DNA of 64,000 nucleotides from an uncultured Bacilli bacterium (lineage in GTDB: Bacteria > Bacillota_I > Bacilli_A > RF39 > UBA660): the NCBI GenBank assembly GCA_947598395.1, contig CANQFG010000002.1:7813-71812 (forward strand). The letters run 5' to 3'. Shown piece after piece: positions 44,066 through 53,250 of the stretch. Numbering within the stretch: position 1 is the stretch's first letter; each line of letters begins with the position of its first letter. The notes below the pieces were generated by a model. It did no database searches, was not told where the DNA came from, and saw only the letters and a list, made by a program, of their open reading frames with translations. The translations under genes were made by a program, and so were the position numbers.

Positions 44066-45109
44066 ATGAATAAAGAACTAATATATGAAATTGCCAAATA
44101 TACAAATGATATCACAATCTTGAAAATCATCTTTAAATTGCCTTTAAAGGAACAAGACGATTTACTAAGAATTGTCAAATATATCAAATTTATCGATAAA
44201 ATTTATCATTTTGAAGAATCTTTTATAAATGAAGTAATTCGATTATTTTGTCAAAATGAACATCGCGATGCAATTATGACATTGTTATTGGAAACACCCA
44301 TATTAGAAGACGCGGATATCATGGAAATAAGGGCCTATATCTATTACCTAAAGGCCTTTAATCATCCCCTTTTATTAAATAGCTATCTCATCGCCCATTA
44401 TCATGGCGAAAGACACTGGCAATTGATAAGATATTTAGTGGAACGCGAAATAGAAGGGGAAGAACTTCATATTTCCGATATTTTACTTCAACATCGAAGT
44501 CCAGCCGAGATCATATCTTTATGCGAACTTATGGGCAAATATCCATATTCCAATGAATTGCGCGATAAGACCATCTTTTTATCTTATGAAAGCCAATTTA
44601 CCATTATCCAATTCTATCTCAATGCTTCGCCGGAGATGCAAGCTCTCATCGATTATCTTTTAAATGATTCATTATGTTTGAGCATTCCCGATACGATGTT
44701 TTTAGATATTATCAGGGCCTGTGATAAGTATTTCATAAATAAAGAAATGGATTTTAAATGGTTAGAAGGCTTCATTAAAAAAGCGCCAGCAGAAGTGGGA
44801 AAACGAATGCAAATTTGGGCCATCTGCGATTATCGAGAAGAAGTATATCAATTGTTGACGGATCGGCGCTTTGATAAGCTTTCATTAAAGGATATCGGGT
44901 ACCTCATCATGTATTACCAAGGGCATCTCTATGATATGCGAATATTTAATATTATAAAACAATATAGCTGTGTCGGTGCGGAAGCTATCATGCGCGAACT
45001 TGAACATCTGACATATAATGACTCCGCCCAGAATTATCTCGATAAAGCCATAGATATCAAAACTTTATTGCCACTTTTAGATAAAGAGAAAAAGTTAATT
45101 TTAAAATAA
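44066..45109 (+). CDS. hypothetical helical protein (347 aa)
   Basis: Long ORF with coding-like composition and no recognisable motifs. Confidence 0.45.
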   Translation: MNKELIYEIAKYTNDITILKIIFKLPLKEQDDLLRIVKYIKFIDKIYHFEESFINEVIRLFCQNEHRDAIMTLLLETPILEDADIMEIRAYIYYLKAFNHPLLLNSYLIAHYHGERHWQLIRYLVEREIEGEELHISDILLQHRSPAEIISLCELMGKYPYSNELRDKTIFLSYESQFTIIQFYLNASPEMQALIDYLLNDSLCLSIPDTMFLDIIRACDKYFINKEMDFKWLEGFIKKAPAEVGKRMQIWAICDYREEVYQLLTDRRFDKLSLKDIGYLIMYYQGHLYDMRIFNIIKQYSCVGAEAIMRELEHLTYNDSAQNYLDKAIDIKTLLPLLDKEKKLILK

Positions 45110-45121
45110 AAAAAAGAAAAA

Positions 45122-46099
45122 TTATTTCTTTTTCATTAAAAATTCAGCTAATTTAGTAGGATCAGTATCTTTCATGACGATGTTATAGATGAGATCGATT
45201 ACTGGCATCTTTATTTGCCGTTTGCGCAAGAGAGCATAGATACTTTTAAGGGTATAATAGCCCTCGACGGTCGTCGTCTCGATGTAGCGTTTGGCTTCTT
45301 CTAATTTTCGTTGGCCGAGCAAGACGCCATAGGTGTAATTGCGCGATTTGGTACTCGTTGCCGTCAAGAGTAAATCGCCAACGCCGGCAAATGATAGGAT
45401 CGTCAATTTGTTGCCATTTAAACCGCGGATTAGCTCCTTGATATCGTGTAGGGATTCCGTAATTAGAAAAGCACGCGTCGATTCTGAGTAACCGAGGCCT
45501 TCCAAGATGCCAGCGGCTACGGCTATGACATTTTTGATGGCGCCACAGGTTTCGATGCCGACTAAATCATTGGATTCTCGCAATTTGATATTCGTTCCTT
45601 TATAGGCCTTTAAAAGGACCTTTAGAGTCTCCTTATTTTTGGTACCGACAGCTAGACCGATGGGCTCTAAATTGGCAATATCGATGGCAAAAGAGGGCCC
45701 CGAGATAACGGCGATATGCCGCGTATTGATGTGGTTTAAAAACACTTCGTGAACGAAGCGACACGTTCCCTGTTCGATGCCCTTGGAGCCGATGATAAAG
45801 TGCATCTTCTTATCGATAAATGGGCGCATGGCTTCGGCCACATTGCCGACATATTGGGCCGCCGTTAGAATGAATACTAATTCGCGTCCTTCGAGGGCTT
45901 CCCGGTAATCGGTCGTAAATTTTATCGTTTCGGGAATATCCAAATTATTTAATTTGGGATAATTCTTGCGCATCTTGATGACTTCATCGATGACGGCTTG
46001 ATTTTCAGCCCACATGATGATATCGTTCGTCTTATTTTGACTGAGGGATCGCGCCATGGCAAGGCCATAGACGCCCGTACCTATTATTGCTATTTTCAT
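45122..46099 (-). CDS. gpsA: NAD(P)H-dependent glycerol-3-phosphate dehydrogenase
   Basis: MKIAIIGTGVYG Rossmann start (ATG 46099 after GGAG, in a TAATG overlap with the rarA stop). GAIKNVIAVAAGI. Confidence 0.9.
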   Translation of the reverse strand: MKIAIIGTGVYGLAMARSLSQNKTNDIIMWAENQAVIDEVIKMRKNYPKLNNLDIPETIKFTTDYREALEGRELVFILTAAQYVGNVAEAMRPFIDKKMHFIIGSKGIEQGTCRFVHEVFLNHINTRHIAVISGPSFAIDIANLEPIGLAVGTKNKETLKVLLKAYKGTNIKLRESNDLVGIETCGAIKNVIAVAAGILEGLGYSESTRAFLITESLHDIKELIRGLNGNKLTILSFAGVGDLLLTATSTKSRNYTYGVLLGQRKLEEAKRYIETTTVEGYYTLKSIYALLRKRQIKMPVIDLIYNIVMKDTDPTKLAEFLMKKK

Positions 46100-47292
46100 T
46101 ATTTCTTCATCTCCTGATTGATATTCCATAAATTCATTTCATATTTATTGTTACATGGTTCATAATACTTTTTATGTTTTATTTTATCGGGCAAGTATTG
46201 TTGTTTAACCCAGTGCTTGGGATAATCGTGGGGATATTTATAGAGTGGGGAAGTGGTCTTTAACCACGCTGGTACTTCGCCCGTATCGCCCGCTTCGATA
46301 TCGGCCATAATCTTATCTAAGGCCACGTGGGCACTGTTGGATTTGGGACTGCTAGCCAGTTCGGCCACGACGACACTTAGGGGAATGCGCGCTTCCGGTA
46401 ATCCAAGCATCTCCGAGGCTTCAATGGCCGCGCGCACTTTGGGACCCATCCCCGGATTGGCAAGGCCGATATCCTCATAGGCAATGACCATCATCCGGCG
46501 ATAGATGATATCCAAATCGCCGATCATCAAGAGTCGCCCCAGATAATACAGAGCGGCATCGATATCCGAACCGCGGATACTCTTTTGAAACGCACTTATC
46601 AAATCGTAATGGCCCGTCTCATTAGCATCGCCTGCCATGATAGGCTTGCTATTTATTAAAGTAATGGTTTCATCGGTAATATGCCCATCCTTTGAGCCAT
46701 AATAAGCTACTTCGAGTAAATTGATGGCTGCTCGATAATCGCCACCACTCAACTTGGCAATGTGCTCAAGTGATTCATCCGTTACCTCAATATTTTTTAA
46801 CTTTTTTAAAACACGTTTGAGGCCACTCACAATTTCCGAATTTGTTAGATTGTGCAGTTCAAATATTTGACAGCGGCTCCGAATTGCCGGATTGATCTTA
46901 TAATACGGGTTGGCCGTCGTAAGCCCAATTAAGATTATTTGCCCATTTTCCAGATAGGGAAGGAGGATATCCTGTTTATCTTTATTCATGCGATGTATTT
47001 CATCGACGATTAAGACCATTTCGCCATACATCTTGGCCTCTTCGATGACGATATCGAAATCACTTTTGTTGTTGATAACCGCATTGAGGAAGCGATATTG
47101 CACGCCCAATTCATGGACGATGGCCGAAGCGATGGAAGTCTTGCCAATGCCAGGATTGCCATAGAGTATCATGCTAAATAGCTTCTTATTTTGGACTAAA
47201 TTATAAAGAATCTTACCCTCACCAACGAGATGCTGTTGCCCGATGATATCGGCTAATGTCGTCGGTCTATTTTGATCTGCTAATACTTCCAT
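46099..47292 (-). CDS. rarA: replication-associated recombination protein A (AAA+)
   Basis: MILYGNPGIGKTS, LIVDEIHR, SIRGSD, and a MgsA C-terminal pattern. Confidence 0.92.
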   Translation of the reverse strand: MEVLADQNRPTTLADIIGQQHLVGEGKILYNLVQNKKLFSMILYGNPGIGKTSIASAIVHELGVQYRFLNAVINNKSDFDIVIEEAKMYGEMVLIVDEIHRMNKDKQDILLPYLENGQIILIGLTTANPYYKINPAIRSRCQIFELHNLTNSEIVSGLKRVLKKLKNIEVTDESLEHIAKLSGGDYRAAINLLEVAYYGSKDGHITDETITLINSKPIMAGDANETGHYDLISAFQKSIRGSDIDAALYYLGRLLMIGDLDIIYRRMMVIAYEDIGLANPGMGPKVRAAIEASEMLGLPEARIPLSVVVAELASSPKSNSAHVALDKIMADIEAGDTGEVPAWLKTTSPLYKYPHDYPKHWVKQQYLPDKIKHKKYYEPCNNKYEMNLWNINQEMKK

Positions 47293-47353
47293 AAGCTCAC
47301 CATATCCATTATATCATGTTTATCTGTGAACTGGTAAACTTGCCGCCAAATAA

Positions 47354-47382
47354 TTGTAAAAGTTTCAAATTGCGCGTATAAT
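47354..47382 (+). promoter_or_regulatory. sigma-A type promoter (TTGTAA-17-TATAAT)
   Basis: TTGTAA at 47354-59, a 17-nt spacer, and TATAAT at 47377-82. Confidence 0.55.
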
Positions 47383-47401
47383 CTACTTAGAAGGTATCTT
47401 T

Positions 47402-48271
47402 ATGAATGAAACATATATTGCCAATTTTTTAGCTTATTTAGAAGTCGATTTAAACTATGCCGATAATACGATCGTAACCTATCAACATGCCTTAGATAAG
47501 TTTAGTACGTATTTTAAAAAAGATATCTTAAAAATTACGAGCAAAGAAATCGATAATTATCTAAAGACCTTGAATGATCTGGCACCAGCTAGTCTTGCCA
47601 ATAATATTTCGGCTCTCAGGGCCTTCTATAATTATCTATGTAAGACGGAAAAGCTAGCTTCTAACCCCTGTGATAGCATTAAACAACCCAAATTAGCCGC
47701 CAAATTGCCCGTCTATTTGACGATTGAGGAAATCGATAATCTCTTAGATATTCCCATTGAAAATGCCTACGATGCACGCAATAAAGCACTTTTAGAGCTC
47801 ATGTATGGTACGGGTTTACGGATCAGTGAAGTCGTTTCCTTAAAGATGTCCAATGTCGACTTTGAAGACTGTATCGTCCGCGTCGTCGGGAAGGGGAGTA
47901 AGGAGCGTATCGTTCCCATCAATGACTATGCCTTAAAGGCCCTAAGGGATTATCTCGATAATTATCGACCCGCCCTCTTAATTAAAGGACCCATCAATGA
48001 AATATTTGTCAATAATCATGGTACGCTTATGACGCGACAAGGGGTATTCAAAATGCTCAAAAACGAATGCCTAAAACACCACATAACGAAAAATGTTGGT
48101 CCCCATACGCTGCGTCATACTTTTGCCACCCATCTCTTGCAAAATGGTGCCGACTTACGCGTCATTCAAGAACTCCTCGGACATTCGGATATTTCGACTA
48201 CCCAAATATATACTCATCTATCCAATGAGCAATTAAAAAATGATTATTTTGAATATCATCCCCGCAAATAA
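47402..48271 (+). CDS. tyrosine recombinase XerC/XerD family
   Basis: HTLRHTFATHLLQNGADLRVIQELLGHSDISTTQIYTH (R..H..R..Y catalytic C-terminus), an ARNKALLELMYGTGLRISE box, and ~290 aa. Confidence 0.9.
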   Translation: MNETYIANFLAYLEVDLNYADNTIVTYQHALDKFSTYFKKDILKITSKEIDNYLKTLNDLAPASLANNISALRAFYNYLCKTEKLASNPCDSIKQPKLAAKLPVYLTIEEIDNLLDIPIENAYDARNKALLELMYGTGLRISEVVSLKMSNVDFEDCIVRVVGKGSKERIVPINDYALKALRDYLDNYRPALLIKGPINEIFVNNHGTLMTRQGVFKMLKNECLKHHITKNVGPHTLRHTFATHLLQNGADLRVIQELLGHSDISTTQIYTHLSNEQLKNDYFEYHPRK

Positions 48272-48272
48272 A

Positions 48273-48310
48273 AACAGATACATAAATAGCATCGTATCTG
48301 TTTCCTTTTT
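48273..48310 (+). terminator. rho-independent terminator
   Basis: AACAGATAC pairs with GTATCTGTT, followed by a T-rich run. Confidence 0.6.
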
Positions 48311-48313
48311 TAA

Positions 48314-48448
48314 TTATTCAGCACTAAATTCATTCATAGAGTTTCTTGCTTTATTAGCTTTATTGGCTTTATTAGCACGATTACAACTTTTTGAAGACTT
48401 ATTAGCTTGTTGTCTATTAGCTGAATTATTAGCTCTATTATTTTTCAT
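48314..48448 (-). CDS. 44-aa Asn/Lys/Ala-rich small protein (MKNNRANNSANRQQANKSSKSCNRANKANKANKARNSMNEFSAE), minor-SASP-like composition
   Basis: Not in the ORF track. The ATG at 48448 lies 6 nt after GGGAGGT. The tracked + strand ORF 48240..48488 is its Leu/Ala-rich antisense shadow. Confidence 0.5.
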   Translation of the reverse strand: MKNNRANNSANRQQANKSSKSCNRANKANKANKARNSMNEFSAE

Positions 48449-48534
48449 AATTTTACCTCCCTTAGTATTATGGTCTATTATTGAATAATTATGATATCTA
48501 TGTTATGATATTTCTAACAATAGGAAGTGGAAGT

Positions 48535-50088
48535 ATGAAAATTAATTGGAAAAAATTAGCTATATTTGGGGTCATCGTTTTTCTCTTTGTCATAGGTGGA
48601 TATGCTTTTTCAATTAATCGTAGTTATTCATATGGACTTATGTTAAATGTCACGGGTTCTAAAGGAAATCATGTCTTGAAGTATTATGATGCCGATACGA
48701 ATACGGAAGTTGATATCGATACGGCTATCAAATATTATGGAGCGCGGGCTTACATGGCCATCTATAAAGATGATTATTTGTATTTCTATCGCGGTAAAGA
48801 AATTAGCAAGTCGGAATATGAAAAGGGTTCAGTTGCCGAAGAGGCTGACATTCGGGCCCAAAATATCGGGGATGCGGCCTATCGCGTCAAGAATACGGCC
48901 GAAATAAAAAAAGCTTTCGATGATATCTATAAAAAATTAAAAATTGGCACTTTTTATCTCGAATTTTCGACATATGAATCGTCACACGATATCAATTGGG
49001 ATGAAGTATATGCTTACTATAAGGATAATTATGGTCTCAATGATGTCCGGCAAAATTATTATTCTTATAATGTAAAGGGCAACTTTGAACCCGATCGGTT
49101 TATGACCTTAGATAGTCAAAATAAGAGCAATGGCGAACTCGAAATAAGTTCGAAAAATATTCGCATTACGGGCAATGAGATGAATATTGTCAATAAATTC
49201 TTAGAGGAATTACTGCCTTTGATGCAAGGGGATGGCAGCGATTATCAAAAGATCTTGGCAGCCTATACATATATAAAGAGTACGACCTCTTACTTAACCG
49301 ATGATGGCTTTGTCAATGATCTATTAGCTAGTAATACTTCGGTATATGATGCCTTGATTAATCGCAAAAGTGTCTGTATTGGTTACTCGATAGCTTTTTC
49401 GTATCTCATGGATAAGATGGGTATCGAATCCTATATCGTCGATCAGATAACTAGTGTCGATGAGAACAAACAGACCTTCAATTCCGTTCATACATATAAT
49501 ATCGTCAAGTTAGATGGCAAATTTTATAAAGTCGATACGACGGGAAGTATCTTCTTAGCGGGTATTGGCAGTAATGATCTTTATAACTCTAAATTACCGA
49601 TATCGACGAGTGCCTATAATCGCAGTGGCAAGAGTACCACTTACTATTTTGATTATAATAAGATCAATACGATTTTAAATAAAGCCAAGAGCACGAAGAC
49701 GACCACGACGGCGGAAATCAGAAGGACTTCGACGGCAACGAAGACGACTTCGATTAAGACGACTAAGGGTAACAATACGACCCAAAAAGTCGATGATCCA
49801 ATTCCTTATAATCCAAGTACTAATCCAACTAATCCCTCTAATACCAATGAACCGACGACCAGTGGTACTCCTAATTCAGGGGAAACGAATACGACGAACA
49901 ATGCTTCAAATAATGGGGAAGGGAAGGGCAAGACAACCAAACAAAGCAATAGCAATGGACAAGATAAAGTCGAAGATATCGATATGACGAATGAGGAAGA
50001 AGATAAGAGTGGGGGAAATATCTTCTTGGGCCTTATTGCCGTCTTCGTAACGGGTATTTTTATCGTCTATAAGCTCGTATTTAAATAA
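48535..50088 (+). CDS. membrane-anchored transglutaminase-like (papain-fold) protein with Thr/Asn-rich stalk and C-terminal TM
   Basis: N-terminal TM (LAIFGVIVFLFVIGGY). Core RKSVCIGYSIAFSYLMDKMGIESYIV...VHTYNIVKLDGKFYKVD (Cys-His-Asp order). Low-complexity T/N/P stalk. C-terminal TM IFLGLIAVFVTGIFIVYKLVF. Confidence 0.7.
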   Translation: MKINWKKLAIFGVIVFLFVIGGYAFSINRSYSYGLMLNVTGSKGNHVLKYYDADTNTEVDIDTAIKYYGARAYMAIYKDDYLYFYRGKEISKSEYEKGSVAEEADIRAQNIGDAAYRVKNTAEIKKAFDDIYKKLKIGTFYLEFSTYESSHDINWDEVYAYYKDNYGLNDVRQNYYSYNVKGNFEPDRFMTLDSQNKSNGELEISSKNIRITGNEMNIVNKFLEELLPLMQGDGSDYQKILAAYTYIKSTTSYLTDDGFVNDLLASNTSVYDALINRKSVCIGYSIAFSYLMDKMGIESYIVDQITSVDENKQTFNSVHTYNIVKLDGKFYKVDTTGSIFLAGIGSNDLYNSKLPISTSAYNRSGKSTTYYFDYNKINTILNKAKSTKTTTTAEIRRTSTATKTTSIKTTKGNNTTQKVDDPIPYNPSTNPTNPSNTNEPTTSGTPNSGETNTTNNASNNGEGKGKTTKQSNSNGQDKVEDIDMTNEEEDKSGGNIFLGLIAVFVTGIFIVYKLVFK

Positions 50089-50142
50089 GACGTTTAGGCG
50101 TCTTTTTTAGTATATTTTAGCCTTTCAACCATATATTTTAAT

Positions 50143-50877
50143 ATGAATATTTTAATACCTCTATTAATTAGTACGATTGCCGGTTTGGGAACGATGATCG
50201 GCAGTTTATTAGTCTTTTTACCCATAAAAGATACCAAGAAGTTGATAACAGTCTCCTTGGCATTTTCGGGGACTGTAATGATCTTGATATCTATCCTCGA
50301 TCTATTGCCACCCAGTATCATAAATATTTGGAGTCAATTTTCGCTTCTCAAAGCCGGATTATTGATTATCATACCCTTTATATTGGGCATGTTATTGATC
50401 AATTTGATGGATAAAAAGATAAGCGAGGAGAGTAGTCTATATAAAGTTGGCATCTTGGCCTTAGTAACTTTGATGTTGCATAATTTTCCCGAGGGAATTG
50501 CAACCTTCATGACATCTTATGTCAATACGCAGTTGGGATTAAAGTTATCGCTCGCCATCATGTTACACAATATTCCCGAAGGAATATGTATTGCCATACC
50601 GATTGCCAAAGCCACCCACTCTATCAAGCGTGGAGTAGGGTATGCCTTGCTATCGAGCATTGCCGAACCATTGGGTGCTATTACGGCCTATATCTTCCTA
50701 AAAAACTATATCAATAATTTGACGATAAGCATTATCTTGATATTTGTTGCCGGAATTATGATAACTTTAAGTATCAATAATATCTATAAGGAATCATTAA
50801 AATCCCATATGCGTAAATATTTTTATCTGGGTATTATCTTATCCATCGTCTATATATTTATCTCTTTTGCAATCTAA
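50143..50877 (+). CDS. zupT: ZIP family zinc transporter
   Basis: HNFPEGIATF and HNIPEGICIA metal-binding helices; 8 TM. Confidence 0.88.
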   Translation: MNILIPLLISTIAGLGTMIGSLLVFLPIKDTKKLITVSLAFSGTVMILISILDLLPPSIINIWSQFSLLKAGLLIIIPFILGMLLINLMDKKISEESSLYKVGILALVTLMLHNFPEGIATFMTSYVNTQLGLKLSLAIMLHNIPEGICIAIPIAKATHSIKRGVGYALLSSIAEPLGAITAYIFLKNYINNLTISIILIFVAGIMITLSINNIYKESLKSHMRKYFYLGIILSIVYIFISFAI

Positions 50878-51056
50878 TTTTATATTAGGACCCCTATCGC
50901 TTATGTATTTAATTAAAAGGGGAGTTATGGAATATTTACAGGGGATATATAAAGATTATGATAAATATGGAAAACTTGTGGTATAATTATCTCGTCATAT
51001 TAATAATTACATTTCGCAAGGTGAAGAATTACTAATCTTTAAAACAAAAATACCCA

Positions 51057-51084
51057 ACTTCATATAATATGTATTATGTTAACT
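51057..51084. other. dif: dif-like XerC/D chromosome dimer resolution site
   Basis: ACTTCATATAATATGTATTATGTTAACT matches 24/28 to the B. subtilis dif as I recall it (ACTTCCTAGAATATATATTATGTAAACT). The right arm TTATGTTAACT matches 10/11 to the E. coli dif XerD arm. It lies at the +/- gene-orientation switch. Confidence 0.75.
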
Positions 51085-51230
51085 TCTATATTATATTAAA
51101 TTAGATGATTAGTTCTTAAGGTTTACCTTCCTTTAAATATATAATACTGATTTGAATATCTACTTAGATAGATATTTTTTTATTTATAAGTATATAATTT
51201 ATATATAGTACATTTGTTTTATATAAATAA

Positions 51231-51258
51231 TGATTGATAAGTAATTAGTTATCAATCA
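51231..51258. repeat. perfect 10-bp inverted repeat with 8-nt spacer
   Basis: TGATTGATAA gtaattag TTATCAATCA. Confidence 0.9.
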
Positions 51259-51278
51259 AAAATTGCTAAATTAAAAAT

Positions 51279-51320
51279 AGGGGTTATTACATATCTCTAT
51301 CCCCTACTTTTTTTATTTTT
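51279..51320. terminator. bidirectional hairpin terminator
   Basis: AGGGG (51279-83) pairs with CCCCT (51301-05), flanked by an A run upstream and a T run downstream. Serves the minus-strand HTH gene and possibly + strand transcripts. Confidence 0.5.
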
Positions 51321-51356
51321 TAGAAGAGGGGACTTGTGCCAAAAAAAAAGAAAAGA

Positions 51357-52130
51357 TTAAACTTTTCTCGATTGTATTTCGGCAATTTTTTCAAATACTT
51401 CGGCAGCATTATCTGTCGTAATATTATTATAGCCAAGTTCGCGTAAGGCTTGAATACGAACCGTATTTAATTGTTGCGTACGGGATAATTTTTCTTCGTT
51501 GCGCGATTCAATTTCTTGAACAAAGCGATTGCGACATTCGATAACCTTATTTTTATTGGCACTACCACTATTATAAAGGGTAAATGCCGAATGAATTATT
51601 CCTTCAAAAGTATATTGACGATCTTCATTGAAGCGGAAGACATTGGGCGCTGTAAAGCCCGTCGCTTTCGATATATATGCCAACATATACTTGATTTCGG
51701 GAACATTATCCATACTTTGAAGTAAATGATAGACATATTGTAACGCATAGAAGTTTTCCTCGTGATTATCACTTTCAACTAACTTCTCTTTAATCAAGAA
51801 CGTAATATCACTTATGAGCGTATGTTCTTCCTTCTTTAAACCTTTGAGATCTAAATAATCATTTTCCGTCGCCTCTTTGACGCCTTCCGTCAAACGATTC
51901 TCGACAGCTAGTAAATACTCCGTTGTAACTTTGATATTTTCGATCGTATCCTCTTCGCCATCTTCTATATCTAATAATTTTAATAATAATATTTTCTTCT
52001 CTTTTGGCCATTTATTGATGTTTTCGAGTTCTAAATAGTTATAGACCATTTGGCGGGAAACACCTAAATATTTGGCTAATCTTACTTTTGAAATTCCGAG
52101 TTCTTGCAACAAATCATTCAATTGTTTCAT
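51357..52130 (-). CDS. XRE-type HTH domain protein with ~190-aa uncharacterised C-terminal region
   Basis: LGISKVRLAKYLGVSRQMVYNYLE helix-turn-helix. Strong RBS GGAGGG. Confidence 0.7.
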   Translation of the reverse strand: MKQLNDLLQELGISKVRLAKYLGVSRQMVYNYLELENINKWPKEKKILLLKLLDIEDGEEDTIENIKVTTEYLLAVENRLTEGVKEATENDYLDLKGLKKEEHTLISDITFLIKEKLVESDNHEENFYALQYVYHLLQSMDNVPEIKYMLAYISKATGFTAPNVFRFNEDRQYTFEGIIHSAFTLYNSGSANKNKVIECRNRFVQEIESRNEEKLSRTQQLNTVRIQALRELGYNNITTDNAAEVFEKIAEIQSRKV

Positions 52131-52158
52131 CTCTTTCCCTCCTCTATTTTACATATTA

Positions 52159-52187
52159 ATCATATCAATTTACTTTTCAAGTGTCAA
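52159..52187 (-). promoter_or_regulatory. sigma-A type promoter (TTGACA-17-TATGAT)
   Basis: Minus strand: TTGACA at 52187-82, a 17-nt spacer, and TATGAT at 52164-59. Confidence 0.6.
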
Positions 52188-52222
52188 TAGTTTACATTAA
52201 AAACCCATTAAAAAAAGAGCCC

Positions 52223-52783
52223 TTAAGCTCTTCCTGCATATTTACCATCACTAGTTGAGATGATAATCTTTTCTCCTTGATTTATAAATAATGGAACTTT
52301 AACGATATATCCCGTTTCGATCTTGGCATCTTTTTGAGCATTATTAGTCGTATTGCCCTTTACTGCTTCGGTCGTTTCAATAATTTCATATTCTACTTTT
52401 TCTGGTAAAGTAATGCCAATTATTTCGCCTTCATACATCGTTATCGTAATTTCTAATCCTTCTTTTAAGAATTTGATTTGATCGCCTAATTTACTAGCTG
52501 GGACTTCTAATTGTTCATACGTTTCATTATTCATGAAGACATATGAATCGCCCATCGAATAAAGATATTGCATTGGTAAATGGTCGACGCGAGCACGTTC
52601 AATTTTAATATTCGTATTATATGTCTCTTCGACGAGAGCACCCGTTCTTAAATTGCGCAATTTCATTTTCATGAATGCCGATCCCTTACCAGGTTTGACA
52701 TGTTGAAATTCTTCGATGAGACATAATTTGCCATCGATGATAATCGTCATGCCATTTTTGATATCATTAATATTAATATTCAT
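52223..52783 (-). CDS. efp: elongation factor P
   Basis: Full-length EF-P pattern (FQHVKPGKGSAFMKMKLRNLRTG...). Confidence 0.97.
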   Translation of the reverse strand: MNININDIKNGMTIIIDGKLCLIEEFQHVKPGKGSAFMKMKLRNLRTGALVEETYNTNIKIERARVDHLPMQYLYSMGDSYVFMNNETYEQLEVPASKLGDQIKFLKEGLEITITMYEGEIIGITLPEKVEYEIIETTEAVKGNTTNNAQKDAKIETGYIVKVPLFINQGEKIIISTSDGKYAGRA

Positions 52784-52797
52784 GCGTTTACTCCTTT

Positions 52798-52995
52798 CTA
52801 TAAGGCCATTTTTTTGATTAATTTCTTGCGCATATGTTTATTAGTATGATTATAATGCTTGTGTTGGTTCTTATAATAGATAGCTTTTCGATAACCAACG
52901 ATCTTATGATACGTCATAGCATTATGGGCTTGATGTGCGACTAAAGCATTATAATTATATGAGTCGATAAACATTCCGTGATTGATTATTGTCAT
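52798..52995 (-). CDS. small His/Tyr/Asn/Lys-rich protein, unknown function
   Basis: The ATG at 52995 lies 8 nt after AGGAG. Located between rpmG and efp. No family recognised. Confidence 0.4.
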   Translation of the reverse strand: MTIINHGMFIDSYNYNALVAHQAHNAMTYHKIVGYRKAIYYKNQHKHYNHTNKHMRKKLIKKMAL

Positions 52996-53022
52996 ATGCT
53001 TTTCTCCTTTGTTGTCAATATT

Positions 53023-53199
53023 TTATTTGCCAATTTTAGCTTCTTTAAATACTTGTACTGATTTACATTTCTTACAATACTTTTTTAATTCTAATTTATC
53101 GGTGGTATTTTTACCTTTTTCGGTATGTCTAATCATAAAACCGCAATTAGAACATTTTAAGCCAACTGGCGCACGACCATCTGCTTTACTTTTAGCCAT
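53023..53199 (-). CDS. rpmG: 50S ribosomal protein L33
   Basis: CSNCG...DKLELKKYCKKCKSVQVFKEAK (zinc-ribbon L33 pattern). The ATG at 53199 follows GAAGGAGG. Confidence 0.85.
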   Translation of the reverse strand: MAKSKADGRAPVGLKCSNCGFMIRHTEKGKNTTDKLELKKYCKKCKSVQVFKEAKIGK

Positions 53200-53250
53200 A
53201 TAAAAGCCTCCTTCATTCGTCAAACTACATGTATTTTAGCATATAACAGT

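Noticed and set aside
48240-48488. 82-aa + strand ORF rich in Leu/Ala (LALLALLARL...).
   Set aside because: It starts inside the xer gene 3' end without an RBS and runs through a terminator. It is the antisense shadow of the better-supported minus-strand 44-aa ORF.
50880-51356. Small ORF MEYLQGIYKDYDKYGKLVV (near 50928) and other mini-ORFs in the AT-rich terminus gap; possible IMEX remnant.
   Set aside because: The RBS spacing is too short (GGAG-2 nt-ATG). There are no integrase or phage genes and no second dif-like half-site that I could find by eye. The AT-rich composition generates random short ORFs.
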